Sequence record: MZ189262.1 | Strand: one strand, 5' to 3' | DNA length: 64,000 nt | Source of the DNA: Escherichia phage W143 | Shown: positions 29,885 through 39,223 of the stretch, in pieces | Numbering within the stretch: the stretch's first letter is position 1 | How the letters are laid out: every line of letters starts with the position of its first letter | The notes under the pieces: model-generated | The model's database searches: none | What the model saw: only the letters and a program-made list of their open reading frames with translations | Told to the model about the DNA's origin: nothing | Position numbers and translations under genes: made by a program

Positions 29885-31567
29885 TTAAACCATTACAGTA
29901 AACCGACCAACTTTCTTCATTTGAAGATGCTGACCATATGCTTGTGGGTCGTGGTCTCTATGCGAAATAACAAAAACGTTAGTATTTTTTAAGCTATCTA
30001 AAATAGTTGAAATAGCTTTTACACCTTCAACATCAGTTGCTGAATCAAAAACTTCATCGAGAATTAGTGTGTTTATTTTAACACCTGAAACTTTTTCAGC
30101 AATATCGCGCCAAGTAAATAAAAGAGCAATATCAATTCGTGCTTTTTCACCTTGACTAAATGAAGCATAACTAAAATCTTCACGACCACGGGATTTAATT
30201 GTCTCATTAAATTCTTCATCTAATGTAAACACATAATCCGCTTCCATTATTTTAAGATAATGGTTAATCTGCTTATTAAATAATGGAATGTACTTTTTAA
30301 TAATAGCACCTTTAATACCAGAATCTTTGAGCATGTCAGTCAAAATTCCTCTGTGGTATTTTTCCATTACTAAATTAGTTTTTGTCTTAACAATTTTATC
30401 AAGTTCTTCTTGAAGCAGTGCTATTTCATCAGCATGGTCAATAAACTCAGATGATGCTTTTTCTATAGCCGCTTTAACCTTTTTAGCTTTATCTACCGTC
30501 GTGATTAGAGATTGCTTTTTATTGCGAATATCATTCGCCAACGTCTGCTGGGTTTTAATATTATCTCGGTATTCGTCAACAAGAACTTTTAAATTATCAC
30601 GATGTGTTGAAAGCTGTTCAAATGAATGCGTGCATTCAGAAACTTTATCTTTAATTTTAGAAACAACTTTATCACCGGAACTTAATTGTGACAAACAAGT
30701 TGGACATAATCCACCTTCGTGATACATATTAATGACTTTATTATACGAGTCAATTTTTGATTTAATTAAAAATGCTTCTTGACCGATTTTATTAAATGCA
30801 TCAGTCGGGTCTTCATCCAAAACAATATTAACTAATCTTTCATTAGCTTCTTCTATTTCCGATTTTAACGTTCTAGCTTCTTTTGCCAAATCATCATACA
30901 TATTCTGTAGACGAGTAAGGTTATCACCAGTTAATTTTTTCTGGCGTTCAACGTTATCATTATATATTTTAATTTGCTGGATAATACTATCTTTTTTAAC
31001 ATCAAGCACTTGGTTTTGTGAATTTAATTCACGTATTAGTGCTTTATTAAGCTTATCCATTTCAGCTAATGTTCCTACCTCGAGCAGGTCTTCCACAAGC
31101 TTTCTTCGCGCAGGGGTCGACAAACCCATGAAAGGGGTATACCCTGCTGTACCAAGGACAACAATCTGCTTGAAACTGGCATATGACATTCCGATAAGCT
31201 GTTCAAATTCTGCTTGGAAATCTTTACTGCTGGCAGATTCATTAAGACGTGTACCGTTAACGGTGATTTCGAAAACGTTCGGTTTTTGTCCTCTTTTGAT
31301 ATAGTACTTTTTCTCATCATATTCCATCCACAGTTCAACTAAAAGTTCTTTCTTATTTGTGCTGTTTATTAATTGACCTTTCTTTACATCACGAAATGGC
31401 TTGCCAAAAAGCCCAAATGTGATGGCTTCTAACATAGTAGACTTACCACCACCATTTCGTCCAGTAATAAGAGTTTTTTGAACCTTATCTAATTGAATGT
31501 CAATGGGATTTCCACCTACTGACATTATATTTTGATACCTAACTCGGTTTAGTTTAAAATTCTTCAC
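29885..31567 (-). CDS. 46: recombination nuclease subunit gp46 (Rad50/SbcC-like)
   Basis: 560-aa ORF; Walker A GRNGGGKST, central coiled coil with CPTC zinc hook, ABC signature. Confidence 0.9.
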   Translation of the reverse strand: MKNFKLNRVRYQNIMSVGGNPIDIQLDKVQKTLITGRNGGGKSTMLEAITFGLFGKPFRDVKKGQLINSTNKKELLVELWMEYDEKKYYIKRGQKPNVFEITVNGTRLNESASSKDFQAEFEQLIGMSYASFKQIVVLGTAGYTPFMGLSTPARRKLVEDLLEVGTLAEMDKLNKALIRELNSQNQVLDVKKDSIIQQIKIYNDNVERQKKLTGDNLTRLQNMYDDLAKEARTLKSEIEEANERLVNIVLDEDPTDAFNKIGQEAFLIKSKIDSYNKVINMYHEGGLCPTCLSQLSSGDKVVSKIKDKVSECTHSFEQLSTHRDNLKVLVDEYRDNIKTQQTLANDIRNKKQSLITTVDKAKKVKAAIEKASSEFIDHADEIALLQEELDKIVKTKTNLVMEKYHRGILTDMLKDSGIKGAIIKKYIPLFNKQINHYLKIMEADYVFTLDEEFNETIKSRGREDFSYASFSQGEKARIDIALLFTWRDIAEKVSGVKINTLILDEVFDSATDVEGVKAISTILDSLKNTNVFVISHRDHDPQAYGQHLQMKKVGRFTVMV

Positions 31568-31779
31568 AAAAGATTCCTTTTAATGTATCTTTTAGACCAT
31601 TCTATCATATCATCATAATCTAAAAAGTATTCATCAAATTCAGCCATACAAACAACACCTTGTGCTGCTTTTGATGTGATATAAATTATTCCAACATATC
31701 TAGAATCTTCTTCAGTGTAATCAATATTTGCTATGAATTCATCATTAATGTCAAATGTCGAAAACTTCACAGTATGCAT
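31564..31779 (-). CDS. hypothetical protein
   Basis: track ORF trimmed to the ATG at 31779 (MHTVKFSTFD) with AAGGA Shine-Dalgarno. Confidence 0.4.
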   Translation of the reverse strand: MHTVKFSTFDINDEFIANIDYTEEDSRYVGIIYITSKAAQGVVCMAEFDEYFLDYDDMIEWSKRYIKRNLL

Positions 31780-32014
31780 CCTTAATACAAGATACAGCCA
31801 TATCTTGTACTGATTTAGGTGTGTCATTATCTAAAATGTTGAAGTTAAAAGATACAGCCCAGTCAGTGCAGACCGTAACCTTTTTAATACAATTATCTTC
31901 AACTTCTAGCGGTTCAAACCAATATTCAATAATTTCTTTATGCCCAATATCATCTTTTACTTCGCATTCAAAATGCTGACACATCATAACATTTTTAAAT
32001 TCATCAAAAGTCAT
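31751..32014 (-). CDS. hypothetical protein
   Basis: 87-aa ORF between 47 and 46. Confidence 0.5.
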   Translation of the reverse strand: MTFDEFKNVMMCQHFECEVKDDIGHKEIIEYWFEPLEVEDNCIKKVTVCTDWAVSFNFNILDNDTPKSVQDMAVSCIKDAYCEVFDI

Positions 32015-33030
32015 TGTGTTGCCTCTACATATAACTGATTTGCATATTGAATAAGTGCTTCACGGTCAGAATCAGTGATGTCTGGAATTGCATTAATGTA
32101 TTCTTCCATCAATGTCTGAAGAGATTGAACTTCAACTTCTTCACTATCATCTGACTCGACAGAGTTATCAATCTTTGACACAACTCGCAATGAATGCACA
32201 ACTTTTTCTAGTTCAGATTCGAACTTCGTCAGATTTTTATCTACCTCAGTTACTATAACACGTACTGATAGATTTGTAAAATCTTTATAGTCAATTTTTC
32301 CCTTAAATGGGTATTGAATTCGACGATGCCAGGTAGTGTTGTTTGGAATAAATTCCATTCGTTCTGTTTCTGTATCAAACACCCAGAACCCACGAGGGTC
32401 ATTCTCGTCACCTGCAGTTAGTGTCCATGGTGTCCCAATATATTTGACGTTAGCAGCCTCAGAGATAGTATGGAAGTGACCAGACCACACTTCTTTATAA
32501 GTCTTAAGGAAATCAGGTTCAAGACCGTGAGATTTCATTCCTTTATAAAAATAAAATCCATTCAGTTCCCAGTGACCAACACAAAAAGAAGCAGATGAAG
32601 TTTTGATGTGTTCAAGAATTTCACCAGTATTTTCTTCACACATCCAAGGAATTAAATCAATTAAGCACCCGTCAAAATCTACTGTAGTAGGCTTATCATA
32701 TACTTTAACATTAGGGTATTTAGCCAAAAGCTCAGTAGAAGCATTTGGATGCATTACATTTTTATAGTGGAGATCGTGATTTCCTACAATAGTATGTAAT
32801 GTGATTCCAGCGTCATCAAGCATTTGAACTATTTCACGGGCGAACTCCATAGTTTTATGTGTGATTGCTTTTCGTACATCAAAAATATCACCGTATTGAA
32901 TCCATGTAGTAATTCCGTTTTTCTTAGAATATTCTATCGCTTGCTTAATTCCGTCAAGTTGAATACCGCGAATCCATTCATCGTCAGCTTTAACGCCTAA
33001 ATGCCAATCACCTAAATTTAAAATTTTCAT
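32011..33030 (-). CDS. 47: recombination nuclease subunit gp47 (Mre11/SbcD-like)
   Basis: 339-aa ORF; calcineurin-like phosphoesterase motifs (GDWH, GNHD, GHWE). Confidence 0.9.
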   Translation of the reverse strand: MKILNLGDWHLGVKADDEWIRGIQLDGIKQAIEYSKKNGITTWIQYGDIFDVRKAITHKTMEFAREIVQMLDDAGITLHTIVGNHDLHYKNVMHPNASTELLAKYPNVKVYDKPTTVDFDGCLIDLIPWMCEENTGEILEHIKTSSASFCVGHWELNGFYFYKGMKSHGLEPDFLKTYKEVWSGHFHTISEAANVKYIGTPWTLTAGDENDPRGFWVFDTETERMEFIPNNTTWHRRIQYPFKGKIDYKDFTNLSVRVIVTEVDKNLTKFESELEKVVHSLRVVSKIDNSVESDDSEEVEVQSLQTLMEEYINAIPDITDSDREALIQYANQLYVEATQ

Positions 33031-33167
33031 ATATCAAGAACCGTCATTGAAATGCAAAATAAAATTATTGAAATAAATCCATCTGGAGTACTAAAGAACC
33101 CAATCCAACATGCTCTAGTGAATAGATAAAATGCAAGAAAAAGTATCACATATCCAAGAAATATCAT
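33027..33167 (-). CDS. small hydrophobic peptide
   Basis: 46-aa ORF with stop overlapping the gene 47 ATG (ATGA); its ATG lies in the predicted -10, so it is doubtful. Confidence 0.25.
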   Translation of the reverse strand: MIFLGYVILFLAFYLFTRACWIGFFSTPDGFISIILFCISMTVLDI

Positions 33168-33190
33168 TATATCAAACTCCGTATAAAGCT
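33166..33190 (-). promoter_or_regulatory. middle-promoter-like element (AGCTTTA, 12 bp, TATAAT)
   Basis: same hairpin + AGCTTTA + TATAAT arrangement as upstream of gene 39. Confidence 0.4.
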
Positions 33191-33208
33191 AAAGGGCCGA
33201 AGCCCTTT
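33191..33208 (-). other. UUCG-tetraloop hairpin at the alpha-gt 3' end
   Basis: AAAGGGC-CGAA-GCCCTTT palindrome overlapping the alpha-gt stop. Confidence 0.55.
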
Positions 33209-34409
33209 ATTTTGTAATAATGTCAAACTGTTCTTTAAAGCAGAAGCTTGAATCTTGATGCTGATACAGAAATTCATAAGCTTTTTCACGTTCACGGTCA
33301 TAAAGAGCTCGATCAGATGACAGTTCTTTAATACGTTCAAATGTTGATTCCATGTCATTTTCATCAAACCAAACGATACCGCTATCGTGTGAAATTAATG
33401 GAGTATTATCAACACGGAATTTTAAATTTTCGCCAGTAGATTTCCAAAATACTGGAATTGTTCCACATGCACCAAGCTCGAGATGAGTGTATTCTAAAGA
33501 ACGCTGTAGATATTTTTTGTCCAACTTACTCAGCTGATAACCAAATCCGGATTTACTCATGCGTTCAAGCATTTCGCTATTTACATAACGGTCGAGAATT
33601 TGCGTTGGCAAATTAGGAGCAATTTTAATTTGGTCTACTTGATGAAGACGATAATACTCATATGGAATTCCTTTTTCTTTAATAGGAATGAATGCTGGAG
33701 AACGTTCCAGACCTTCCATAATAGTACTTAGTCCTGCAGGTTTAAGATGTTTTTCGTGAAAATCAAACATCTGGTAAAAACCTTTCCATGTAGTCGTACG
33801 ACCAATCCAACGGTTGATATTCATGTTAATTTCAGAAACATCTTTCCAGTAGGTTGATCGAACCTTCGCAATATCCATAGGAGGCTGAAAGTTGTATACG
33901 GTCGGCGCTTCTTCAATATCATCAAACAAAGAAACAGTTTCCGGATACCATTCTTTCATTAAAACTTTATTAAAATCACCATTATCAGAATGGCTAAAAA
34001 TAACATCAGCTCGACGAACAGTTTCTTCTAATCCCAAATTTCGGCGTAAAGAAAGAGAAGAATGGTCATGCTGATAAACTACAACACGAACCGAAGGTTT
34101 AATGTTATCAATAATTTTTTTATAGTTATTAATGGTGTCTTCTTCTACTGAAGTAGCAGGAACTGAATTGATAATTAGAATATCACAATCATTTACCAGC
34201 TTAAGTGTTTTATCGTATTCTTTTGCCAATAAAACTGGAATTGAAAATGATTTATAATCATGCGCGCAATTACGAGTAAATGATTTATCTTTAGCATAAA
34301 CCAAAGTTACTTCATGACCATTTTTAATAAACCAATCACGTTGCTCAAGAGAAAATTTAGTTACACCGCAACCTTCAAGACCTCGAGCCATAAAAATACA
34401 TACTTTCAT
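33207..34409 (-). CDS. a-gt: DNA alpha-glucosyltransferase
   Basis: 400-aa ORF (MKVCIFMARGLEGCGVTKFSLEQ...), GT-B-like; recognisable as T-even alpha-gt. Confidence 0.85.
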   Translation of the reverse strand: MKVCIFMARGLEGCGVTKFSLEQRDWFIKNGHEVTLVYAKDKSFTRNCAHDYKSFSIPVLLAKEYDKTLKLVNDCDILIINSVPATSVEEDTINNYKKIIDNIKPSVRVVVYQHDHSSLSLRRNLGLEETVRRADVIFSHSDNGDFNKVLMKEWYPETVSLFDDIEEAPTVYNFQPPMDIAKVRSTYWKDVSEINMNINRWIGRTTTWKGFYQMFDFHEKHLKPAGLSTIMEGLERSPAFIPIKEKGIPYEYYRLHQVDQIKIAPNLPTQILDRYVNSEMLERMSKSGFGYQLSKLDKKYLQRSLEYTHLELGACGTIPVFWKSTGENLKFRVDNTPLISHDSGIVWFDENDMESTFERIKELSSDRALYDREREKAYEFLYQHQDSSFCFKEQFDIITK

Positions 34410-34433
34410 TTAATATCCTCATTGTTTTGGTTT

Positions 34434-34458
34434 ATTTTACCAAAAATTTATAAAGCAA
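34434..34458 (-). promoter_or_regulatory. MotA-dependent middle promoter (TTGCTTTA, 11 bp, TAAAAT)
   Basis: minus-strand MotA box 34458-34451 and -10 at 34439-34434, upstream of alpha-gt. Confidence 0.5.
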
Positions 34459-34462
34459 TATA

Positions 34463-34477
34463 GGAGCCTCGGCTCCT
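34463..34477 (-). other. GC hairpin (GGAGCC...GGCTCC)
   Basis: palindrome immediately upstream of the MotA box on the transcript. Confidence 0.45.
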
Positions 34478-34649
34478 ATCCACATAATACACCATACAGA
34501 GGCTCATTAGAGCTTCTAAATTTTATGCGCTTATACGTTATAGTTCCTTCTGCTTTAGCTTTATCGTGAGCCTCTTTAAAGCGTCTCATCATTTCTACTT
34601 TAGAGGAACGAATTTTATTATAATCTATTTCAGAAGTCTGGGTGTTCAT
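34476..34649 (-). CDS. small hypothetical protein
   Basis: 57-aa ORF read from reverse complement (MNTQTSEIDYNKIRSSKVEMMRRFKEAHDKAKAEG...). Confidence 0.35.
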   Translation of the reverse strand: MNTQTSEIDYNKIRSSKVEMMRRFKEAHDKAKAEGTITYKRIKFRSSNEPLYGVLCG

Positions 34650-34652
34650 CTT

Positions 34653-34859
34653 TCACAGTTGCCACCATTTTTTGACTTGATAGGAATCAACCCACACTTT
34701 CATATTAGGGTCTGCTCTTACAATAGGAGGATTAACTTCTTTAATTGAACTATCATGGTATTCTTTTTCAGAAATTTTCACACAAAGATGGCCGTTCAAA
34801 GATTCAGTAAATCCTGCATTAATTTTAAGACGCTTGAATTTTACGTGTGTAAGCATCAA
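34653..34859 (-). CDS. hypothetical protein
   Basis: 68-aa ORF. Confidence 0.45.
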   Translation of the reverse strand: MMLTHVKFKRLKINAGFTESLNGHLCVKISEKEYHDSSIKEVNPPIVRADPNMKVWVDSYQVKKWWQL

Positions 34860-35142
34860 TCATATCCTCAATCTGTGATCTAGTAGTCTTCCAAAGAATA
34901 CTAATGAGTTCATCGTTATATGGCTGTTTTAGAATATCCCGACTTTTCTTGATAGCATATTCGTATTGAGCAAAATTATTGTTTTCAGCTGCAATTTGAG
35001 CGTGTTTATAAAGACGGTTCAGTTCGCGTTTATTTTTAGACAATAACTTATTTGCTTTTCTTTCTGCTTCAAGACGGTTCTTTTCTTCAATAGAAGAAAT
35101 AAGCTTTTCCACTTCATCATTAATTTCGGGTTTATCAGTCAT
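34825..35142 (-). CDS. hypothetical protein
   Basis: 105-aa ORF, coiled-coil-like. Confidence 0.5.
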   Translation of the reverse strand: MTDKPEINDEVEKLISSIEEKNRLEAERKANKLLSKNKRELNRLYKHAQIAAENNNFAQYEYAIKKSRDILKQPYNDELISILWKTTRSQIEDMIDAYTRKIQAS

Positions 35143-35143
35143 A

Positions 35144-35362
35144 TTATTTCTCTAATATAAAATAAAAATCATCATCTGTTAAATGATACCGATAGTTTAA
35201 TTCTACACCATTAGATTTAAAAGCGGTATCATACGGATTTTCTGGATCAATATCAATGTCAAGAGCTAAAACTTCCCTGAGATACATTTTAAGTAAATAG
35301 GGAATAGCTTCAACTTCAGGTATTTCTTCCAAGAATCCGGAGAGGTTAATCGTTAGCCTCAT
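35144..35362 (-). CDS. hypothetical protein
   Basis: 72-aa ORF. Confidence 0.5.
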
Positions 35363-35903
35363 ATAAAAAATCCAAACTAGGAGAATCGTCTACAACACTT
35401 TTCTTTTCAGCCCCTGGTGTTCTATAGGTTGATTCTTCGTAATGCGTCATTTTATCGTAGATGTCTTGAATAAAAGTTTCATCTACTAACGCAACCATAT
35501 CGTCGTCACGACTGTCATAGACATTGTGAACGAAGTAACTATATTTCTTTGCAACTTCCTTACGTTCTTTTTTAATACGTTGGACGAATGCATTAAAACA
35601 AGCTTGAGTTATATATGCATGTGGGTTTTTATATTTCGTTTCATCAAAATTATGAAGCCCCTTAATAGAAGCTTCTATACCATCTGCAATCATTTCTTGT
35701 TTCCAGGATTGGGTGTATCCTGAAAAGTTGAAACGTTTAGATAAGCCTTCTGCAATAAGCATAATGGCTAATCCGATAGTATCATTCTGACGAACTACTT
35801 TATTTGGGTCTTTATTATTTGCTAATTCTGTTTTCCAATCAATAATAGCTTGTAAAAGCTCTTTATTGTTTACGTAATTATATTTAGGCTTAGTTTCTGA
35901 CAT
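35346..35903 (-). CDS. 55: late-transcription sigma factor gp55
   Basis: start set at [20 protein letters not shown] (185 aa); recognisable as T4 gp55. Confidence 0.9.
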
Positions 35904-35933
35904 TTTCACCTCTTAGCTCAATTCATAGATCTA

Positions 35934-35942
35934 TTATATCAT
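35934..35942 (-). promoter_or_regulatory. extended -10 element TGATATAAT upstream of gene 55
   Basis: minus-strand TGnTATAAT; a TGCTTTA box lies further upstream at 35968-35962 but the spacing is too long for a canonical middle promoter. Confidence 0.3.
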
Positions 35943-35983
35943 AATATTTGAAGATCTATCTTAAAGCATAGAGGATAAATCAG

Positions 35984-36253
35984 CTATCTAAGTAAACAGT
36001 ATGCTTGGAATACTTTCTCCATCATCTTTTTAAATTCATGAATATCTATATAATGACTAGTTAAATCAGCATGATATAAAAAGTCTAAAAACTTTTCATG
36101 TGTGCTAACATATTCGCTTTCATTTAATTCAGAAACATGGCTTTCCCAATATCCAACACCAGTCTTATTTGGGAAAAATGAAATTTTCATATATTGGTCA
36201 ACATAGAAAATTCCATAATTTTCAATAGTAATAGAAATATTAATAAATTTCAT
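35984..36253 (-). CDS. hypothetical protein
   Basis: 89-aa ORF. Confidence 0.5.
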   Translation of the reverse strand: MKFINISITIENYGIFYVDQYMKISFFPNKTGVGYWESHVSELNESEYVSTHEKFLDFLYHADLTSHYIDIHEFKKMMEKVFQAYCLLR

Positions 36254-36465
36254 GCATTCATCAACTTAGCCGCTTCAAGAGCTGCATCTAGTGAATCAAA
36301 TTGATCGGCATATTCAATCAATTCGCCGTAATTAGCATATAACCACCATTGGCTAAATTCATACTCAAGGATAAATCCATTTCCTTCAATTTGAGTTAAA
36401 CCAATGCCATTTGTATTTACTTCATATCCGGCAAGACGCAAATCATTGATAAGAGATTCATTCAT
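36250..36465 (-). CDS. hypothetical protein
   Basis: 71-aa ORF. Confidence 0.5.
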   Translation of the reverse strand: MNESLINDLRLAGYEVNTNGIGLTQIEGNGFILEYEFSQWWLYANYGELIEYADQFDSLDAALEAAKLMNA

Positions 36466-36467
36466 AA

Positions 36468-36794
36468 TTATACCTTAGTAATTTTCAGATCAGCAAATTT
36501 TTTCTTGCGTTGATTTTTCATACGACGAATAGTTTTATCAGAAATTTCATGCTTTTGATAAGCTTTAGATTCTACACCAAAAGCTTTAACATCAAATTCT
36601 GACAAGATATATTGAACCAACAATTCACGAATAGTATTTCGTCCAATTTTCTGATCATTCTGTTTCATCATCTGATGAAGCTCTTTTTCCCATTTATCCA
36701 AAATTTGAGGAGTTACAATATCGCCTTTTTCTAGCAGAGAAACTACTTTATCATATGCATAAGAATTGATGGCGTTTTTAATTTGAATAGTCAT
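36468..36794 (-). CDS. hypothetical protein
   Basis: 108-aa basic ORF. Confidence 0.5.
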   Translation of the reverse strand: MTIQIKNAINSYAYDKVVSLLEKGDIVTPQILDKWEKELHQMMKQNDQKIGRNTIRELLVQYILSEFDVKAFGVESKAYQKHEISDKTIRRMKNQRKKKFADLKITKV

Positions 36795-36819
36795 ACATTA
36801 TCCTCAATTGCGTTAAAAT

Positions 36820-36848
36820 TTTATTATCCAAAAAGGGCCGAAGCCCTT
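36820..36848 (-). terminator. intrinsic terminator (UUCG hairpin + U tract)
   Basis: AAGGGC-CGAA-GCCCTT followed on the minus strand by UUUUGGAUAAUAA. Confidence 0.55.
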
Positions 36849-37047
36849 AGCTAAACTGTTTGGCACCCTTCCAGCCTTCATACATCATTGCGGCTGATAT
36901 TAATATTGCCCCTGAACAGCTTGAATATTTGTGATTCCAAAACCAGTTCAGAAAAACTTCGTCATCAATACCTTGGGCTATCATATTTTCAAAGAACTGA
37001 CGACGAGCTTCGGCAATTCGTTGTGATAATTTAGATTCAGGATTCAT
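36847..37047 (-). CDS. hypothetical protein
   Basis: 66-aa ORF. Confidence 0.45.
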   Translation of the reverse strand: MNPESKLSQRIAEARRQFFENMIAQGIDDEVFLNWFWNHKYSSCSGAILISAAMMYEGWKGAKQFS

Positions 37048-37179
37048 TTAAATTTTCCAATTGCCATTTTCATCAATGAATTTAATCCAGTCATTTACTG
37101 ACCACTTGGTCGTATCGCCTTTTGGAGCAACATTTAAAGTGTATAATCCTTGTTTAAAAAGCATACGTTTGATATTCAT
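37048..37179 (-). CDS. small hypothetical protein
   Basis: track ORF trimmed to the ATG at 37179 (MNIKRMLFKQG) with GAGGAAAAT Shine-Dalgarno. Confidence 0.35.
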   Translation of the reverse strand: MNIKRMLFKQGLYTLNVAPKGDTTKWSVNDWIKFIDENGNWKI

Positions 37180-37186
37180 ATTTTCC

Positions 37187-37480
37187 TCAGCTGTAACGAT
37201 AGCACTCGTTTGATTTACGTTTAGCAACTCGTTGAGAAGTATTATAATCAAAATCGTCATCAATGTAAACTGATTTTTTCAACTTTCTTACTTCACTACG
37301 TAATTGACGATTTAGCTCATCTTTAACTTCTGAATCAATGCCTTTCATTCTACGCCATTTATCAGAGCGAAAAATGTTTTCAACCATATCTTTATGACTT
37401 ACACCATCAGGAGCTTTACGCTTTCCGAAATAGTCATAATCACGTACTTTTAAATCTTTACGACGATACGTTTTACCCAT
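37187..37480 (-). CDS. hypothetical protein
   Basis: track ORF trimmed to MGKTYRRKDLK; ATG overlaps the upstream stop. Confidence 0.45.
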   Translation of the reverse strand: MGKTYRRKDLKVRDYDYFGKRKAPDGVSHKDMVENIFRSDKWRRMKGIDSEVKDELNRQLRSEVRKLKKSVYIDDDFDYNTSQRVAKRKSNECYRYS

Positions 37481-37649
37481 GGAGTTTAATTTCCTTAGCA
37501 ACTGAACTAAATACAGCACGGTCACAAATCATGTGTTTGTTCCATTTAAGTACAGTATAATGAACATCTAGATCATCTACTGCTGTAACAATAACAATAT
37601 GTCCGTTAACACGATAATACTGATCCCTTTTAATCTCTTTATCAACCAT
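37473..37649 (-). CDS. small hypothetical protein
   Basis: 58-aa ORF read from reverse complement (MVDKEIKRDQYYRVNGHIVIV...). Confidence 0.35.
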   Translation of the reverse strand: MVDKEIKRDQYYRVNGHIVIVTAVDDLDVHYTVLKWNKHMICDRAVFSSVAKEIKLHG

Positions 37650-37679
37650 ATCAAATCCTCAAAGGCAATTCATATGTTA

Positions 37680-37709
37680 ATAATACCACAGTTTGAACTT
37701 CTTGTAAAC
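37680..37709 (-). promoter_or_regulatory. T4-type early promoter
   Basis: GTTTAC 37709-37704, 18 bp, TATTAT. Confidence 0.55.
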
Positions 37710-37777
37710 AACTTTGTGAAAATTATTTTAGGGAATGATAAGAAGGGAACGATAGCTTAGAATGGTAATATACAGAA

Positions 37778-37803
37778 TGCGAGAAAGAAAGGCCCAGAGG
37801 GCC
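37778..37803 (-). terminator. terminator-like GC hairpin downstream of nrdH
   Basis: GGCCC-AGA-GGGCC followed on the minus strand by UUUCUUUCUC. Confidence 0.45.
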
Positions 37804-37807
37804 CGTC

Positions 37808-38131
37808 TTAATCTTCTATGATATCTCTATCATATCCAAGTGAAATGAGAGTTTCTTTGAAGTGTTTAATGTTCTTTTGTCTAGAATCATTGATGAAAAT
37901 GACTGGATAACGAATGTTAAGAGATGTGAATCCAGCACGTTTAGCAAGAGATACAATCAGTGGGCGATCATACTCGATCTTACCATTATTTGTAAGAACT
38001 TTATAGAAAGTAAAAGGAGCATTGAGCTCCTTTAGAAGTTTTGTAACTGATTGACATCCAGGACAACGACCTACTTCATCTGGAATTCCATAGACTTCAA
38101 TCTTATTCTTTAAGTTCGAGTTTTGTTCCAC
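37808..38131 (-). CDS. nrdH: NrdH-like glutaredoxin
   Basis: thioredoxin-fold CPGC active site (VYGIPDEVGRCPGCQSV); start uncertain, candidate GTG at 38131 after AAGGAA; track ORF extends to 38260 across the upstream gene. Confidence 0.6.
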   Translation of the reverse strand: MEQNSNLKNKIEVYGIPDEVGRCPGCQSVTKLLKELNAPFTFYKVLTNNGKIEYDRPLIVSLAKRAGFTSLNIRYPVIFINDSRQKNIKHFKETLISLGYDRDIIED

Positions 38132-38420
38132 GAGAAATAATTCCTTGATAAGCCCAGTATGGCGGGTTAACAGAATCATCGCCAGAATTTTCTTCAGGAA
38201 AATAAACCTGGATAACAAATCCAGATGCATCAAAGGTAAAATAAACCGTAGGTAATTCACCTAACAATTCAGCGCGGTTATTAATTTCTTCAAGTTCTCG
38301 TTCTCGTTCTCGTCCAGCCCAAAAACTAGGATTTAGACTACATTCATAGAAATAATAGTCATTACCGAACATATCAAAACCCTTCCAACTCTCTACCACA
38401 TACCGCTCAAAACTAATCAT
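38103..38420 (-). CDS. hypothetical protein
   Basis: 105-aa ORF with ERERELEE tract, between nrdG-proximal membrane ORF and nrdH. Confidence 0.5.
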   Translation of the reverse strand: MISFERYVVESWKGFDMFGNDYYFYECSLNPSFWAGRERERELEEINNRAELLGELPTVYFTFDASGFVIQVYFPEENSGDDSVNPPYWAYQGIISRGTKLELKE

Positions 38421-38422
38421 AA

Positions 38423-38662
38423 TTAAGCCTTTTTATCAAGAACAGCATTCAGTTTGTTAGTAATTTTATCCAGACGCTCATTGAACTCGCTAGAAGATAG
38501 TCCTTTTTCTGGAGAAATTAAGCTAATCACGAAAAATATAGCAATAAAAGGAATAAGAAAAATAGCACCAACTGCCATAAACAAAAAGAATGTTACAGTT
38601 GTAAGAAAATCAGCTAAACCTTTACGAAATTTATACATATTTACCCTTAATTGATTAACCAA
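38423..38662 (-). CDS. small membrane protein
   Basis: 79-aa ORF with one long TM segment. Confidence 0.5.
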   Translation of the reverse strand: MVNQLRVNMYKFRKGLADFLTTVTFFLFMAVGAIFLIPFIAIFFVISLISPEKGLSSSEFNERLDKITNKLNAVLDKKA

Positions 38663-38752
38663 GCATTGATAAGTACTAAACTATACTGCGAATAAAATTC
38701 TGGACCAAAATGAAAAATCATATCATTTATAGTATCAATAATATAATTCAGT

Positions 38753-39223
38753 TTAATCATGTTTCCACACCCCATCGGTATTTGACCAAAGTCGCTGATT
38801 ATCTGAACCTCGCCACAGCTTTTTGGTCGGAAGATTTTTCTCATACTTCCCATCAATAATAACATCAACATATTTAAGCATTTCTAGTTGTTTAATATCT
38901 TCAAACTTGTACCCTGTCCACAACCAAATGCTTTTATTCGGATAAAGATTTTTTACCGTTTGAACAATGCAATGAACAGCATCTCGGTTATCAGGATAAA
39001 GAGGGTCTCCTCCAGTTATAGTTAATCCTTCTATATAATCATTATTCAAACATTCAATTAATTGTTCTAGTGTTTCACCAGTGAATGGAACGCCATTTCT
39101 AGCATTCCATGTTGATTTATTATAACACCCTTCACATTTATGCAAACACCCCGTAACGAAAAGAACGACCCTGCATCCAGGGCCATTCACAAAATCGCAG
39201 GGATAAAATCTATCGTAATTCAT
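38753..39223 (-). CDS. nrdG: anaerobic ribonucleotide reductase activating protein NrdG (radical SAM)
   Basis: 156-aa ORF; Cys cluster CLHKCEGCYN; directly downstream of nrdD. Confidence 0.85.
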   Translation of the reverse strand: MNYDRFYPCDFVNGPGCRVVLFVTGCLHKCEGCYNKSTWNARNGVPFTGETLEQLIECLNNDYIEGLTITGGDPLYPDNRDAVHCIVQTVKNLYPNKSIWLWTGYKFEDIKQLEMLKYVDVIIDGKYEKNLPTKKLWRGSDNQRLWSNTDGVWKHD